The translations under genes and the position numbers were made by a program. 64,000 bases of DNA from an uncultured Gammaproteobacteria bacterium (GTDB taxonomy: Bacteria > Patescibacteriota > Microgenomatia > JALYQM01): the NCBI GenBank assembly GCA_964403585.1, contig CAYOFQ010000001.1, positions 332,456 through 396,455 on the forward strand. Reading direction: 5' to 3'. Under the pieces are notes generated by a model that had not been told where the DNA came from, ran no database searches, and saw only the letters and a program-made list of their open reading frames with translations. Shown here in pieces: positions 9,773 to 19,309 of this stretch (position 1 is the first letter of the stretch; the number at the start of each line of letters is the position of its first letter).

Positions 9773-10759
9773 ATGAAGCGACTTATTGAAGAAACCCTCT
9801 TTATTACCCTTGGTGTAATTTTTTTGGTTGTTGGATCCGTGGTTGGGGGTGCCTGGTGGTGGTATAGTTCAAATACTAAACCCATTTCAGCAGATACTGC
9901 CAAAAGAGAAATTATAGTCCCGAATGGAGCTACATTTGCCGATGTTGCCCAAAATCTTGAGGAGCAGCAACTTATCCGCAACGCGTTCGCGTTTCGCGTT
10001 TGGACAAAGCTTTCCGGTGATGAAGTCGTTGTGCAGGCCGGAAAACATCAATTTGCCCCATCCATGAGCTATGAAGAAGTTCTTCACGAACTTGCACTCG
10101 GGTTAGAGGATGTTAAGAAGATCAGATTTGGTGAAGGGTGGCGTGTTGAAGAGATGGATGCGGCACTCAAACAGAACCTTAATGAACAGTACGACAGTAA
10201 GAGATTCCTTGAACTGGCGCGTCCGCGTCAGGGAATGCTGTTTCCTGACACCTACGAATTTCAAAATAATACGACTGCCGATGAAGTTATTACGAAACTA
10301 CAGACTGAGTTTGAAGAAAAGTATCAAGCCCTAAACGGGCCGGCCGAATCGGAAAAGAAAAAAAGAATCATTATTATCGCATCCATGCTCGAGCGGGAAG
10401 GTAAATCAGACCAGGATCGCCCGGTGATTGCCGGCATTATCGAAAACCGGCTTCGAACAGCCGGGGAAACCGCCGGGTTTTTACAAATCGATGCTACGGT
10501 TCAGTATGCAGTCGGTTCAAGCAGTTCCTGGTGGAGAACACCGACACCTGCTGATCAGGAAACCGATTCACCATATAATACCTACAAAAATAAAGGATTA
10601 CCTCCGGCACCTATCTGTAATCCCGGGCAGAGTTCACTCAGTGCTGCAATCAGCCCGCAACAAAATAATTACTATTACTATATCCACGACGACTCCGGGA
10701 AGGCCTACTATGCTCGAACGCTGGATGAGCACAATCGAAACATTGCAAAGTATCTCTAA
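9773..10759 (+). CDS. mltG: Endolytic murein transglycosylase MltG (YceG family)
   Basis: N-terminal TM helix, then the YceG domain. C-terminal YYYYIHDDSGKAYYARTLDEHNRN matches the conserved MltG C-terminus. Start taken at MKRLIEE; the track ORF starts at 9731. Confidence 0.8.
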   Translation: MKRLIEETLFITLGVIFLVVGSVVGGAWWWYSSNTKPISADTAKREIIVPNGATFADVAQNLEEQQLIRNAFAFRVWTKLSGDEVVVQAGKHQFAPSMSYEEVLHELALGLEDVKKIRFGEGWRVEEMDAALKQNLNEQYDSKRFLELARPRQGMLFPDTYEFQNNTTADEVITKLQTEFEEKYQALNGPAESEKKKRIIIIASMLEREGKSDQDRPVIAGIIENRLRTAGETAGFLQIDATVQYAVGSSSSWWRTPTPADQETDSPYNTYKNKGLPPAPICNPGQSSLSAAISPQQNNYYYYIHDDSGKAYYARTLDEHNRNIAKYL

Positions 10760-10806
10760 ACCATTTATCATAAGGTACGAAATTATAGTTAGTTAAAAGA
10801 AAGAAG

Positions 10807-10837
10807 AGCAGATGCAACTCGGCAACTGACATCTGCT
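10807..10837 (+). promoter_or_regulatory. Perfect 8-bp inverted repeat (AGCAGATG…CATCTGCT, 15-nt loop) in the short mltG to zinc-ribbon-gene spacer, ending 9 nt before the start codon
   Basis: Read directly from the sequence. No downstream T-run, so it is not a canonical intrinsic terminator. It could be a translational-control hairpin or a protein-binding palindrome. Confidence 0.25.
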
Positions 10838-10845
10838 ACACAAGT

Positions 10846-11343
10846 ATGAGTGATATGGCACAAATGATGGATGAAGTGTGTCCCAAGTGTGGAAGTCCGC
10901 TCGGTCCGGTAGAAACTACACCAACAGAGAGACAATTACAGCGTTGCAGCAATGGACGCTGGAACAGAGAGACCCGCCAAACCGAAGGCTGCGATTATGT
11001 AAAATGGCTAAAAACTGAACCAAAAGAATTAGATGAAAAATGTCCGAAATGCGGCGAACCACTTGTTCTAGCTGTAACCCGATTTGGAAAGAAGATGAAG
11101 AAGTGTAGTACTTCAGGCTGGGATGCGGCAACTAAAACCCCGACCGGCTGTGACTATATTGAATGGATCAACAACTCCTCGAGTGAAGAACTGGATGAAG
11201 ATTGCCCGCAATGCGGTGCTAAACTGGTCATGTTTACAACCAGCACCGGAAAACGTGCTAAAAAATGCAGCACATCTGGCTGGGATAAAGTAAACAGAGT
11301 TGCAACCGGATGCACATACATTGAATGGCAGAATTCCCGTTAA
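10846..11343 (+). CDS. Stand-alone protein made of three tandem topoisomerase-type C4 zinc-ribbon repeats
   Basis: Three repeats of CP[KQ]CG-x17-19-C-x~15-GC[DT]Y[IV][EK]W. Examples: CPKCGEPLVLAVTRFGKKMKKCSTSGWD…TGCDYIEW and CPQCGAKLVMFTTSTGKRAKKCSTSGWD…TGCTYIEW. These resemble the zf-C4 repeats of the topoisomerase I C-terminus. Confidence 0.6.
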   Translation: MSDMAQMMDEVCPKCGSPLGPVETTPTERQLQRCSNGRWNRETRQTEGCDYVKWLKTEPKELDEKCPKCGEPLVLAVTRFGKKMKKCSTSGWDAATKTPTGCDYIEWINNSSSEELDEDCPQCGAKLVMFTTSTGKRAKKCSTSGWDKVNRVATGCTYIEWQNSR

Positions 11344-11350
11344 GTTATTT

Positions 11351-11755
11351 TTAAACTTCGGGTGACGGACTACCACTCGGTGTTGATCGTCGGGTAGGGG
11401 TTACCGAAGGTGAGGGTGAAGCATCTTCAACTTCCTCATCCATTGCATCCCCTTCGTCATCCGGAACAATGCTTGGTTCAACAACCGGCGCAGGTTTTGG
11501 TGTTGCTACATAACCCTGTGGATACGGGGTTACATTTCCCGGTCCGCCTCCAACGCCAAATTGTGGTGTTGTGACGCCATTCTGAGGGCTAGCATCATAG
11601 GCGCCTTTAGTTACCCAACCGAGTACAAAGAACAAGGGGATCAAGAGAAGTGGTACCCAGTTAAAATACCCCCGTGATCGTCGCACATCCCGGTCACGTG
11701 TTCGCGTATCATAATAATATTCTTCATCATTGCGTACTTTTTCTTCAGGTGTCAT
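11351..11755 (-). CDS. Hypothetical Pro-rich membrane protein
   Basis: One TM helix (WVPLLLIPLFFVLGWV) followed by a Pro/Gly/Val-rich low-complexity tail. Lies downstream of the PRC-barrel gene on the same strand. Confidence 0.4.
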   Translation of the reverse strand: MTPEEKVRNDEEYYYDTRTRDRDVRRSRGYFNWVPLLLIPLFFVLGWVTKGAYDASPQNGVTTPQFGVGGGPGNVTPYPQGYVATPKPAPVVEPSIVPDDEGDAMDEEVEDASPSPSVTPTRRSTPSGSPSPEV

Positions 11756-11776
11756 AAATCCTCCTTATAAATCTAA

Positions 11777-12535
11777 TTAATGAGTAGCGTCATGATCGGC
11801 ATCAACTAAATCAACTTTTTCTTCACGAATTTCTGCCGTAATCGGTACTTCACGCTGGGTCTGTTCAATCTGAACACGGGCAGTGCCGGCGCGTACTACC
11901 TGTTTGGTTACCACCGGTTCTTCCCTGTTTAACACAATTTCCACATCTCTATCGCCAAAATCCGGAGTAACATCGGTTCGGGCTGAGGGTGAGTCGTCAA
12001 ATACCAGTTTGGCGTGCTCTTCGACAATCGGAACCGTAATTGTTTCATTACGGGTCACCGTATATTTATGTAGGCGGGCTTTTGCATACGGTCGCGCTTC
12101 AGTATCAATATCCAGCTGCTCCTTATGGAGATCAACTGATTTATCGGTCACGACATTATCCTCATCAACTACATCGTCATCAATATCAAGATTATCAGTA
12201 ACAGTATTGTTGGCAACAGTTTCGCTCTGCGGATGGTGATAGTAGTTCGAAAGCTCTGACGCCATGTCCTTACCGAATTCATCACCATGCATTTTCGGCG
12301 CAGCTCGTATCATGTCATAATCGTAGTTAACGCGAACATCGGCATCATCTAAATGCGCGTCGTTCAAGGGAATGTAGTAAGTAGATGTTCCGAGAATTCC
12401 TCCCTGAACGCTTGCCCAACTGGCTTGCCCGGTCTCTTCATCTTCATAAATATCGCGTATTCTACCGAGTTGATTGCCTTCACTATCCAAAACTTGCCTG
12501 CCAAGCCAGGTTGTGTAATCATGTGAAGTATTCAT
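11777..12535 (-). CDS. PRC-barrel plus YsnF/DUF2382-type stress-response protein
   Basis: N-terminal PRC-barrel-like segment (…GRIRDIYEDEETGQASWASVQGGILGT…YIPL) and a C-terminal repeat-containing DUF2382-like region (…VVTKQVVRAGTARVQIEQTQREVPITAEIREEKVDLVD). Start placed at the ATG at 12535, which is preceded by TAGGAGGAAG on the minus strand. Confidence 0.6.
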   Translation of the reverse strand: MNTSHDYTTWLGRQVLDSEGNQLGRIRDIYEDEETGQASWASVQGGILGTSTYYIPLNDAHLDDADVRVNYDYDMIRAAPKMHGDEFGKDMASELSNYYHHPQSETVANNTVTDNLDIDDDVVDEDNVVTDKSVDLHKEQLDIDTEARPYAKARLHKYTVTRNETITVPIVEEHAKLVFDDSPSARTDVTPDFGDRDVEIVLNREEPVVTKQVVRAGTARVQIEQTQREVPITAEIREEKVDLVDADHDATH

Positions 12536-12608
12536 GTTCTTCCTCCTATAAAATAAATAGTGGAGAGTATACAAATAGTATAAGAATATATTACAGTATT
12601 ACTATAAA

Positions 12609-13173
12609 TATGTCAATGAAAATAGCTCCAAAAGCACATTTTGAACATAATGCCTTACTGTTCAAATATTCTATTCCTTTACTAATTTCACTGAAGCTTG
12701 TTGGGGTAATACTGATAATAAATATGTTGTTCCCGCAGCCCGAGGGAGTCCTCAATAGCTTTAAACGATCCCTGCAAACCGCCAATTATCAGGAGGTGTA
12801 TTTCATTTTGGATAAACAGGCTCAGAAAAGCAGTAACCCCGATCTTTTTTATAAAGAAATGCGCGATACCGATCAGCAATTACAAATTTTAAGTAAAAAA
12901 GTAGATGTTGATATACCATTTGCCTATCCCTGGCAATCAACTGTCAATGCGACAAGTGTAATTACCTATTCAACTCCATTAGGTGAAATTATGCACCAGA
13001 AAAAAATTGTCTTACAGCGTGAATGGAAGGAATGGAATATCAAATGGGAATGGGATACGGTTCTGCCGCATTTTAGTCCTGCTGACACTCTCGAAGTTAA
13101 GCCTAAGTCCGGAATTGTTGCCTTACAGAAAAAAGACGGACGGAGATACATACTCTTATACCGTGATAAATAA
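12609..13173 (+). CDS. Hypothetical protein (N-terminal TM or signal-anchor)
   Basis: ORF from the internal Met (MSMKIAPK…). The longer track ORF (12385) would run antisense through the PRC-barrel gene. No recognisable family. Confidence 0.4.
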
Positions 13174-13191
13174 AAATGATAAAATAGCACC

Positions 13192-14472
13192 ATGATCGAC
13201 GAACTAAAAAAACGCCTGTATTTTTTTACTGCCTGGTACTTTAGATTTTTCGCCCAAATACGACTATCCCGCTGGAAACCTCGTGTTATTGTCGTGACCG
13301 GCTCTTCAGGTAAAACTACGCTCATGCATTTTGTCGAATCTCAGTTGCAGGAAAAAGCTAAATACTCGCACCATGCCAACTCCAGTATTGGTATTCCGTT
13401 TGATGTGCTCGGACTTGAACGGAGAACTCTTAAGTTCAACGAATGGCCGGGATTATTTATTACCGCGCCGCTTAAAGCATTTTCAGCACCTCCAGTCCAA
13501 AAGATTTACGTTGCCGAATGTGATTGTGATCGACCAATTGAAGGAAAGTTTCTTTCAGAATTTCTTAAACCTGAAGTAACCTTGTGGATCAGCGTTTCCC
13601 GCACCCATAGCGAAAATTTTGACCATCTCGTCGACTCAGGTGTATTCACTACTGTTGAAGACGCGATTGCGTACGAATACGGGTATTTTGTTCGCAATAC
13701 CCGCAAACTGGTAGTCATTAACGGCGATTCGGAACTCATGAAAACTCAGGTGAAAAATATCCAGACCGAAGTTAAGCAAATCACCGAATCCGAATACCTC
13801 CAAAAGTATGAATTAAACGGTCAGGGAACACAGTTTTCGATGCGAGGTGTGGAAATTAATTTTACCACGCTCCAGCCGAAAGAAATTTTCCAGACAATCG
13901 CCGAGACAATGGAGCTGGTTTGTTATCTCGACATACCACCCGACTATTCGTTTTCACACTTACAGATTCCTACGGGCCGTTCTTCCGTGTATAAAGGTGT
14001 GAAAAAAACCATACTTATAGATAGTTCCTATAATGCCAACCTCGCCTCAATGACAGTTATTCTCAACATGTTTCAACAGCTTACAGCAGACAAAAAATGG
14101 ATGATTCTGGGCGATATGAAAGAGCTGGGCAAGGAAGACCGGGAAGAGCACGAGAAGCTTGCTCAGCTTATAGCAAAAATGGAGATCGAAAAAGTACTTT
14201 TATTGGGTCCTTCGATCAATAAATATACCTATCCTATGTTACGGGAACTCGTCTCTGAACCGGAAAAAGTATTAGCATTCTCTAAACACGCAGAGCTTTT
14301 AAAATACGTACAAGATTCCATTCAGGGAGGCGAAACATTGCTTTTTAAGGCTTCGCAATCATTAGTCTTTGATGGCTTTATTCAACATCTGCTGGCCGAT
14401 CAATCGGAGATCCATAAATTACCCCGCCGCGAAATCTTCTGGGACGGCTACCGCAGGGAAAGAGGATTATGA
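13192..14472 (+). CDS. murF: UDP-N-acetylmuramoyl-tripeptide--D-alanyl-D-alanine ligase
   Basis: Mur-ligase P-loop VVTGSSGKTTL, the DSSYNANLASM motif, and MILGDMKELG, which matches the MurF C-terminal consensus (GDM.ELG). Overlaps ddl by ATGA, suggesting translational coupling. Confidence 0.8.
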   Translation: MIDELKKRLYFFTAWYFRFFAQIRLSRWKPRVIVVTGSSGKTTLMHFVESQLQEKAKYSHHANSSIGIPFDVLGLERRTLKFNEWPGLFITAPLKAFSAPPVQKIYVAECDCDRPIEGKFLSEFLKPEVTLWISVSRTHSENFDHLVDSGVFTTVEDAIAYEYGYFVRNTRKLVVINGDSELMKTQVKNIQTEVKQITESEYLQKYELNGQGTQFSMRGVEINFTTLQPKEIFQTIAETMELVCYLDIPPDYSFSHLQIPTGRSSVYKGVKKTILIDSSYNANLASMTVILNMFQQLTADKKWMILGDMKELGKEDREEHEKLAQLIAKMEIEKVLLLGPSINKYTYPMLRELVSEPEKVLAFSKHAELLKYVQDSIQGGETLLFKASQSLVFDGFIQHLLADQSEIHKLPRREIFWDGYRRERGL

Positions 14473-15572
14473 TGGACAATAAAATAAATGTTGGAATTAT
14501 TTTCGGCGGACAGAGCGGGGAGCACGAGGTTTCGTTGCAGTCTGCCAAGTCCATTTACGACGCCATCGATAAAGATAAATATAACGTTACTCTTATAGGC
14601 ATTGATAAGGACGGAAGGTGGCTACTCGGTGAGCGGTCGGAAATGTTACTCAATGAAACTAATCCCAAACTCATTGCTCTGAATAGAAAGACAACTACTC
14701 AGGTCACTCCCCTTAACGCAAATAATACGGTTGTTCTGCAGCCACGCGATACACAGCAACAGGCCCAATCCATAGAGGTATTTTTCAATATTATTCATGG
14801 CACTACCGGGGAAGACGGTGCCTTACAGGGGATGCTGGAAATCATGAACGTTGCTTATGTTGGTGCAGGGGTACTTGGCTCAGCCGTTGGTATGGATAAG
14901 GACGTTATGAAACGGTTACTGCGTGATGCGGGTCTACCCGTAGCTCACTTTGCCACCCTTAAACGTGGCTATGACCCGGATAATCTTAAACAAATCATCT
15001 CCACTCTGGAGTACCCGGTCTTCGTTAAACCGGCTAATACCGGGTCGTCGGTAGGGGTAAACAAAGCGCATGATGAAAAAGAGTTACAGAGATATATCGA
15101 CGAAGCCTTCCAGTACGACCATAAAATCTTAATCGAAGAATATATTAAAGCACGCGAGATAGAGTGTTCAATTTTAGGAAATGATCATCCTCAAGCTTCG
15201 GTTTGCGGTGAAGTTATCCCGCGTCACGAATTTTATTCCTACGAAGCAAAATATATCGATGAAAATGGCGCAGCTTTGGAAATTCCGGCCAATATATCCG
15301 ATCTTCAAATGAAACACATTCAAAACTTAGCAATCCAGGCGTTTCAAGCCTTGGAGTGTAAAGGTTTCGCCCGGGTAGATACGTTTCTTACCGAAGATGG
15401 AGAAGTATACGTTAATGAGATCAATACCTTACCGGGATTTACTAAAATCAGCATGTATCCCAAGCTGTGGGAGGCCTCCGGCTTGCCGTATCCAAAACTC
15501 ATTGATAAACTCATTGAATTAGCACTTGAAGAGAAGCACAAAAAAGACAGGCTAAAACGCTCGTACTCCTAG
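14469..15572 (+). CDS. ddl: D-alanine--D-alanine ligase
   Basis: N-terminus VGIIFGGQSGEHEVSLQSA, an ATP-grasp core, and C-terminal EINTLPGFTKISMYPKLWEASG. Classic Ddl. Confidence 0.9.
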   Translation: MMDNKINVGIIFGGQSGEHEVSLQSAKSIYDAIDKDKYNVTLIGIDKDGRWLLGERSEMLLNETNPKLIALNRKTTTQVTPLNANNTVVLQPRDTQQQAQSIEVFFNIIHGTTGEDGALQGMLEIMNVAYVGAGVLGSAVGMDKDVMKRLLRDAGLPVAHFATLKRGYDPDNLKQIISTLEYPVFVKPANTGSSVGVNKAHDEKELQRYIDEAFQYDHKILIEEYIKAREIECSILGNDHPQASVCGEVIPRHEFYSYEAKYIDENGAALEIPANISDLQMKHIQNLAIQAFQALECKGFARVDTFLTEDGEVYVNEINTLPGFTKISMYPKLWEASGLPYPKLIDKLIELALEEKHKKDRLKRSYS

Positions 15573-15576
15573 ACGT

Positions 15577-16320
15577 ATGATCAAACTCATCTCCCTGAAT
15601 ATTGAAAATGACACCCATATTGAACGCGTGCGCTCATTTTTTAAAGAACAACAAGCCGATATCATCTTAGTTCAGGAGTTATACCGGCGCTATATTCCTC
15701 AATTTGAACAAGAACTGGCAATGAATTCAGTATTCGCGCCACTGTGTTTAAAATCGGTTGACGATATTTCCGGCAAAACCGAGGAGTGGGGAATAGCTAT
15801 TTTTTCCAGACAGAAAATTCTTAAGCAATACAAACTGTACTATGTCGGTAACGAAAATAAGCTGCAACTATTTGATCGGGCTACTCAGGATCAGACCAGA
15901 TACAAAGCACTTTTGGGAGCTGAAATTGAGAAAGATAGACAAAAATATCTGGTTTTCACAACACATTTCACGGCATCTCCTCAGATTGCGGTATCCGAAC
16001 AACAACGAAAAGATCTCCATTCATTGCAGAGCATGCTGAGCTTATTCCCTGAGGTTATTCTGGCGGGAGATTTTAATTCGGAAAGAGGGCAACCAGTCTT
16101 CGATGCTTTAAGTCAACGATACAAAGACAACATTCCTGCCGCTATTACCAGTACTTTCGATAAAACACTTCATCGCCACCCGGAATGGGAATCAGTCGTA
16201 GATGGATTGTTTACCACTCCTGAGTATCACGTTACAACTATCAAATTCGAGAGTGGTGTTAGTGACCACTTGGCAATTATAGCTGAGATCGAAAGAAAGG
16301 AGGCCCATGTTATCAATTAA
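15577..16320 (+). CDS. Endonuclease/exonuclease/phosphatase (EEP) family protein
   Basis: LVQEL near the N-terminus. ILAGDFNSE and the final VSDHLAIIAEI motif are typical of the EEP fold catalytic residues. Confidence 0.6.
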   Translation: MIKLISLNIENDTHIERVRSFFKEQQADIILVQELYRRYIPQFEQELAMNSVFAPLCLKSVDDISGKTEEWGIAIFSRQKILKQYKLYYVGNENKLQLFDRATQDQTRYKALLGAEIEKDRQKYLVFTTHFTASPQIAVSEQQRKDLHSLQSMLSLFPEVILAGDFNSERGQPVFDALSQRYKDNIPAAITSTFDKTLHRHPEWESVVDGLFTTPEYHVTTIKFESGVSDHLAIIAEIERKEAHVIN

Positions 16321-17095
16321 TTTTGAGGGCATCGCTACACTGGATTCGTTGAACAGTTTTAGAGAGAAGCTCATTCATGGTATCTCCACCAAAAAAGCCG
16401 GAAGCATGTCGCTCGGTATTGAGGGAGCCAACCGCAACCAAGTGATGAGTAATAGGATCTCTTTTCTTAAGCAACTTGGTCTCAGTGGAAAAGTACTTAC
16501 AATGGGCGAGCAACTGCACACCGCTAACATTCACATTGTGACTAAATCAGATACCGGTGCCGGTTGGAACACCGAAGAAACACTTATCCCGAATACAGAC
16601 GCCTTGATTACCAATATTCCCGAAGTAGCAATAGGTATCCGAACAGCCGATTGTGTAGCAGTATTTCTCTACGATCCTGAACATCAGGCAATTGGTTTGG
16701 CGCATGCCGGGTGGAAAGGTACAACCAAGTGCATCGCGGCAACTACTGTCCAGCGAATGGTTGAAACATTTAACTCCAATCCATCCAAAATAATAGTTGG
16801 TCTAGGTCCATCTATCGGTCCGTGCTGCTATGAAGTACGGGACGATGTGGTAAAGGAAGTCAGTCAGGCTTTCCCTAACTACCCAGAACTTTTAATCAAG
16901 CGTGAGACCTCAACCTATTTTAATTTGTGGCTGGCAAACATTCTGCAGCTCCAAGAACAAGGTATAGTTCTAGAAAATATCGAGTCTGTAGAATATTGTA
17001 CTAAGCACCATAAAGACGAATTTTTCTCTTTTCGTGATCGTATGGCAGGCGGAGAAGCAGGACTTTTCCTTTCCGTAATGAGTTTGAAACAGTGA
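16307..17095 (+). CDS. pgeF: Peptidoglycan editing factor PgeF (YfiH/DUF152 laccase-domain protein)
   Basis: GISTKKAGSM…, ADCVAVFLYDP, HAGWKGT and FSFRDR motifs of the YfiH family. Confidence 0.75.
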   Translation: MLSINFEGIATLDSLNSFREKLIHGISTKKAGSMSLGIEGANRNQVMSNRISFLKQLGLSGKVLTMGEQLHTANIHIVTKSDTGAGWNTEETLIPNTDALITNIPEVAIGIRTADCVAVFLYDPEHQAIGLAHAGWKGTTKCIAATTVQRMVETFNSNPSKIIVGLGPSIGPCCYEVRDDVVKEVSQAFPNYPELLIKRETSTYFNLWLANILQLQEQGIVLENIESVEYCTKHHKDEFFSFRDRMAGGEAGLFLSVMSLKQ

Positions 17096-17115
17096 AATAG
17101 AGTATAATAGTACCT

Positions 17116-18264
17116 ATGCTCTCCTATTTAGAAATATCCCGAAAAAATTTAGTACATAATTATCAGCAGTTCCGTGACTACGTTCATCCAAAAACCAAGA
17201 TCATGTGTGTAGTGAAAGGAAACGCCTACGGACACGGCCTATCTCAAACAGTGCAAGTACTCGATCCCCATACCGATATGTTCGCGGTAAACAGTATTGA
17301 GGAATTAGATATCCTGCGCAGATATTCCAGTCTACCAACCCTGGTCATGGGGTATGTACCTAAAAGGCAACTGGATGAAGCCATCCAGTTAAACGGTACG
17401 CTTGTGATGTACGATTTCGAACGCCTCACTCTCGTAAATGAAATAGGTGAACGGTTAAATCGAAGACCAAAGGTTCATATTAAAATTGATGCAGCGTTAG
17501 GCCGGCAGGGAATTTTACCCGAGGAAGCCAAAGAGTTTGCCCGAAGTTTAAAGCAGTTCAATAAAATAGACTTCGAAGCGGTTTATGCCCATTTTGCTAA
17601 TATCGAAGACATCGGCAATACTCATAATGGTAAAGTTGTGGATTTTAGCCATGCCCAAAAACAAATTGATCTTTTATCTGGAACAATTAAACATTTTGAA
17701 AAAAACGTCAACAAAAACATTCGTACCCACATTTCATCCTCCGCCGGCATTCTCGCCTATGATAAAAATACGCATGTCAGTGATTACGTCAGGCTGGGAA
17801 TCAGTCTCTACGGCATGTGGCCCTCAATTCAGGTAAAAGAGCACTATAAAAACCTAAACATGGATTTGCGGCCGGCACTCCGTTGGGTAACGCATGTTGC
17901 CCAGGTTAAAACAGTTCTTGCCGGCAGTACCATTGCTTACGACTTAACCTTTATCACGTCGAGAGAAACTAAAATCGCTATTATTCCGCAAGGCTACAGC
18001 GACGGCTATGACCGGGAATTATCCAATCAGGGAGAAGTTCTTATTCAGGGTATGCGATGCAGAATTCTCGGCCGAGTCATGATGAACATGTTCGTGGTCG
18101 ACGTCAGCCAGCTGACTGAGGTAGCGGCTGAAGAAGAGGTCGTCTTATTAGGAGCCCAAGGAGACGACGAGATTACCGCTGAACAATTAGCAGCTCACTG
18201 TAGAACAATTAATTATGAAATCACAACGAGAATAAGTCCCTTGTTGAATCGTAAAATCGTTTAA
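17116..18264 (+). CDS. alr: Alanine racemase
   Basis: PLP-lysine motif VVKGNAYGHG near the N-terminus. Length 382 aa. C-terminal beta-domain present. Confidence 0.85.
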   Translation: MLSYLEISRKNLVHNYQQFRDYVHPKTKIMCVVKGNAYGHGLSQTVQVLDPHTDMFAVNSIEELDILRRYSSLPTLVMGYVPKRQLDEAIQLNGTLVMYDFERLTLVNEIGERLNRRPKVHIKIDAALGRQGILPEEAKEFARSLKQFNKIDFEAVYAHFANIEDIGNTHNGKVVDFSHAQKQIDLLSGTIKHFEKNVNKNIRTHISSSAGILAYDKNTHVSDYVRLGISLYGMWPSIQVKEHYKNLNMDLRPALRWVTHVAQVKTVLAGSTIAYDLTFITSRETKIAIIPQGYSDGYDRELSNQGEVLIQGMRCRILGRVMMNMFVVDVSQLTEVAAEEEVVLLGAQGDDEITAEQLAAHCRTINYEITTRISPLLNRKIV

Positions 18265-18947
18265 ACGCTCACTCTTCTGACCAGCGGATGGCTGTCAATT
18301 ATAGGAGTTACTACGTCGATTACGCGCTGATGTACCACTTCAAGATCTCGATTTGTTCTGACAACAACCAGTCTATCTTGATCTCTCAATCGTTTAATCA
18401 TTGGATAGGTCTCTTCTTTATAGACTCTCCAGCGTTCACGCACTGTCTCTGGTTTATCATCATCTCGCGGCTTTGAACCTTCTGCTAGGGCTCTTGCTGC
18501 CCGCTGGGCTGCTCGAGCTAGAGGAATTTGTGGGGGTGCTGCAAAGAATATCGGAATTTCGGTAATACTCAATCCTCGAGCACGTAAAGAATGGAGCCAT
18601 TCATCATACATGGCTAGCTGGGCTAAGTTACGAGGAATACCATCAACAATTGCACCTGAGTATTGACCAAGCAAGTCTGCAGTCAACCGTTCACTCATCA
18701 TCTGATGAACGATCTCATCAGGTAGAAGTTCACCTCTCGCCATCGCCGGTTTATGAGGTTCCAGGAGAGGAGCAAAATGGGCAAATTCAGGTTCACCTTT
18801 TAACGCGCCTCTGATTGCACCACCACTCTCACGGTGAATAATCTCATCTTCGCCAAGATATCTCCTGAGCAAACGTGCTTGAGTACCTTTTCCTGCCGCA
18901 GCTGGCCCAACTTCAGTAATAATGATGACTTCTTTATTAAAACTCAT
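18261..18947 (-). CDS. adk: Adenylate kinase-family nucleoside-monophosphate kinase
   Basis: P-loop GPAAAGKGTQA (the GxxGxGKGTQ class typical of adenylate/UMP-CMP kinases). Start placed at the ATG preceded by GGAGGAG (MSFNKEV…). The track ORF extends about 31 codons further upstream. Confidence 0.7.
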   Translation of the reverse strand: MSFNKEVIIITEVGPAAAGKGTQARLLRRYLGEDEIIHRESGGAIRGALKGEPEFAHFAPLLEPHKPAMARGELLPDEIVHQMMSERLTADLLGQYSGAIVDGIPRNLAQLAMYDEWLHSLRARGLSITEIPIFFAAPPQIPLARAAQRAARALAEGSKPRDDDKPETVRERWRVYKEETYPMIKRLRDQDRLVVVRTNRDLEVVHQRVIDVVTPIIDSHPLVRRVSV

Positions 18948-19263
18948 ATGAAACTCCTCCAAAACACACAGCTTGAAATTATACAATAAGAGGAGTGGAA
19001 TAGCAAGTCCTATAATAATCAGACCTCTTGACACCGTCATCCAGGCATGATATTACTATCTATACGTTTCAAAAGGCACGTCCAAATTCCCTGTTAGCTG
19101 TAAGGAAAAGTAGACGAGTGTCTTTTTTTCGTATGTAAAGCCGTATATAGCAATTGTAAATATAACGAAAGATACAAAGACAGATCGCCCGGTTTTTGTA
19201 GGTCACCTTGTATACAATAAGCTCAAAATACAGTGGTATCGCGAAAGTAATAATAGTTTAGCA

Positions 19264-19297
19264 CACGAAAGAATAGTCGTGGATTTTTTCGTGCGTA
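19264..19297 (+). promoter_or_regulatory. Imperfect hairpin (GCACACGAAA…TTTCGTGCG) immediately upstream of the rpoB RBS, within the 270-bp adk-rpoB divergent intergenic region
   Basis: The inverted repeat CACGAAA / TTTCGTG is read directly, with a T-tract on its 3' side. A second TTTTTTCGT.GTAAAG motif lies about 150 bp upstream (about 19120). It could be a leader or attenuator structure, or only U-rich promoter elements. Confidence 0.25.
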
Positions 19298-19309
19298 AAA
19301 GGAGAAGTC

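Noticed and set aside
12385-12608. 5' extension of the 12385-13173 ORF
   Set aside because: The extension runs antisense through the PRC-barrel gene's N-terminus. The internal Met at 12609 gives a compact gene downstream of the divergent promoter region.
19041-19309. Possible tRNA or small RNA gene in the long adk-rpoB intergenic region
   Set aside because: No cloverleaf-compatible acceptor or T-arm pattern (no GTTC.A..C motif) was found. The region is best explained as divergent promoters plus the rpoB leader.
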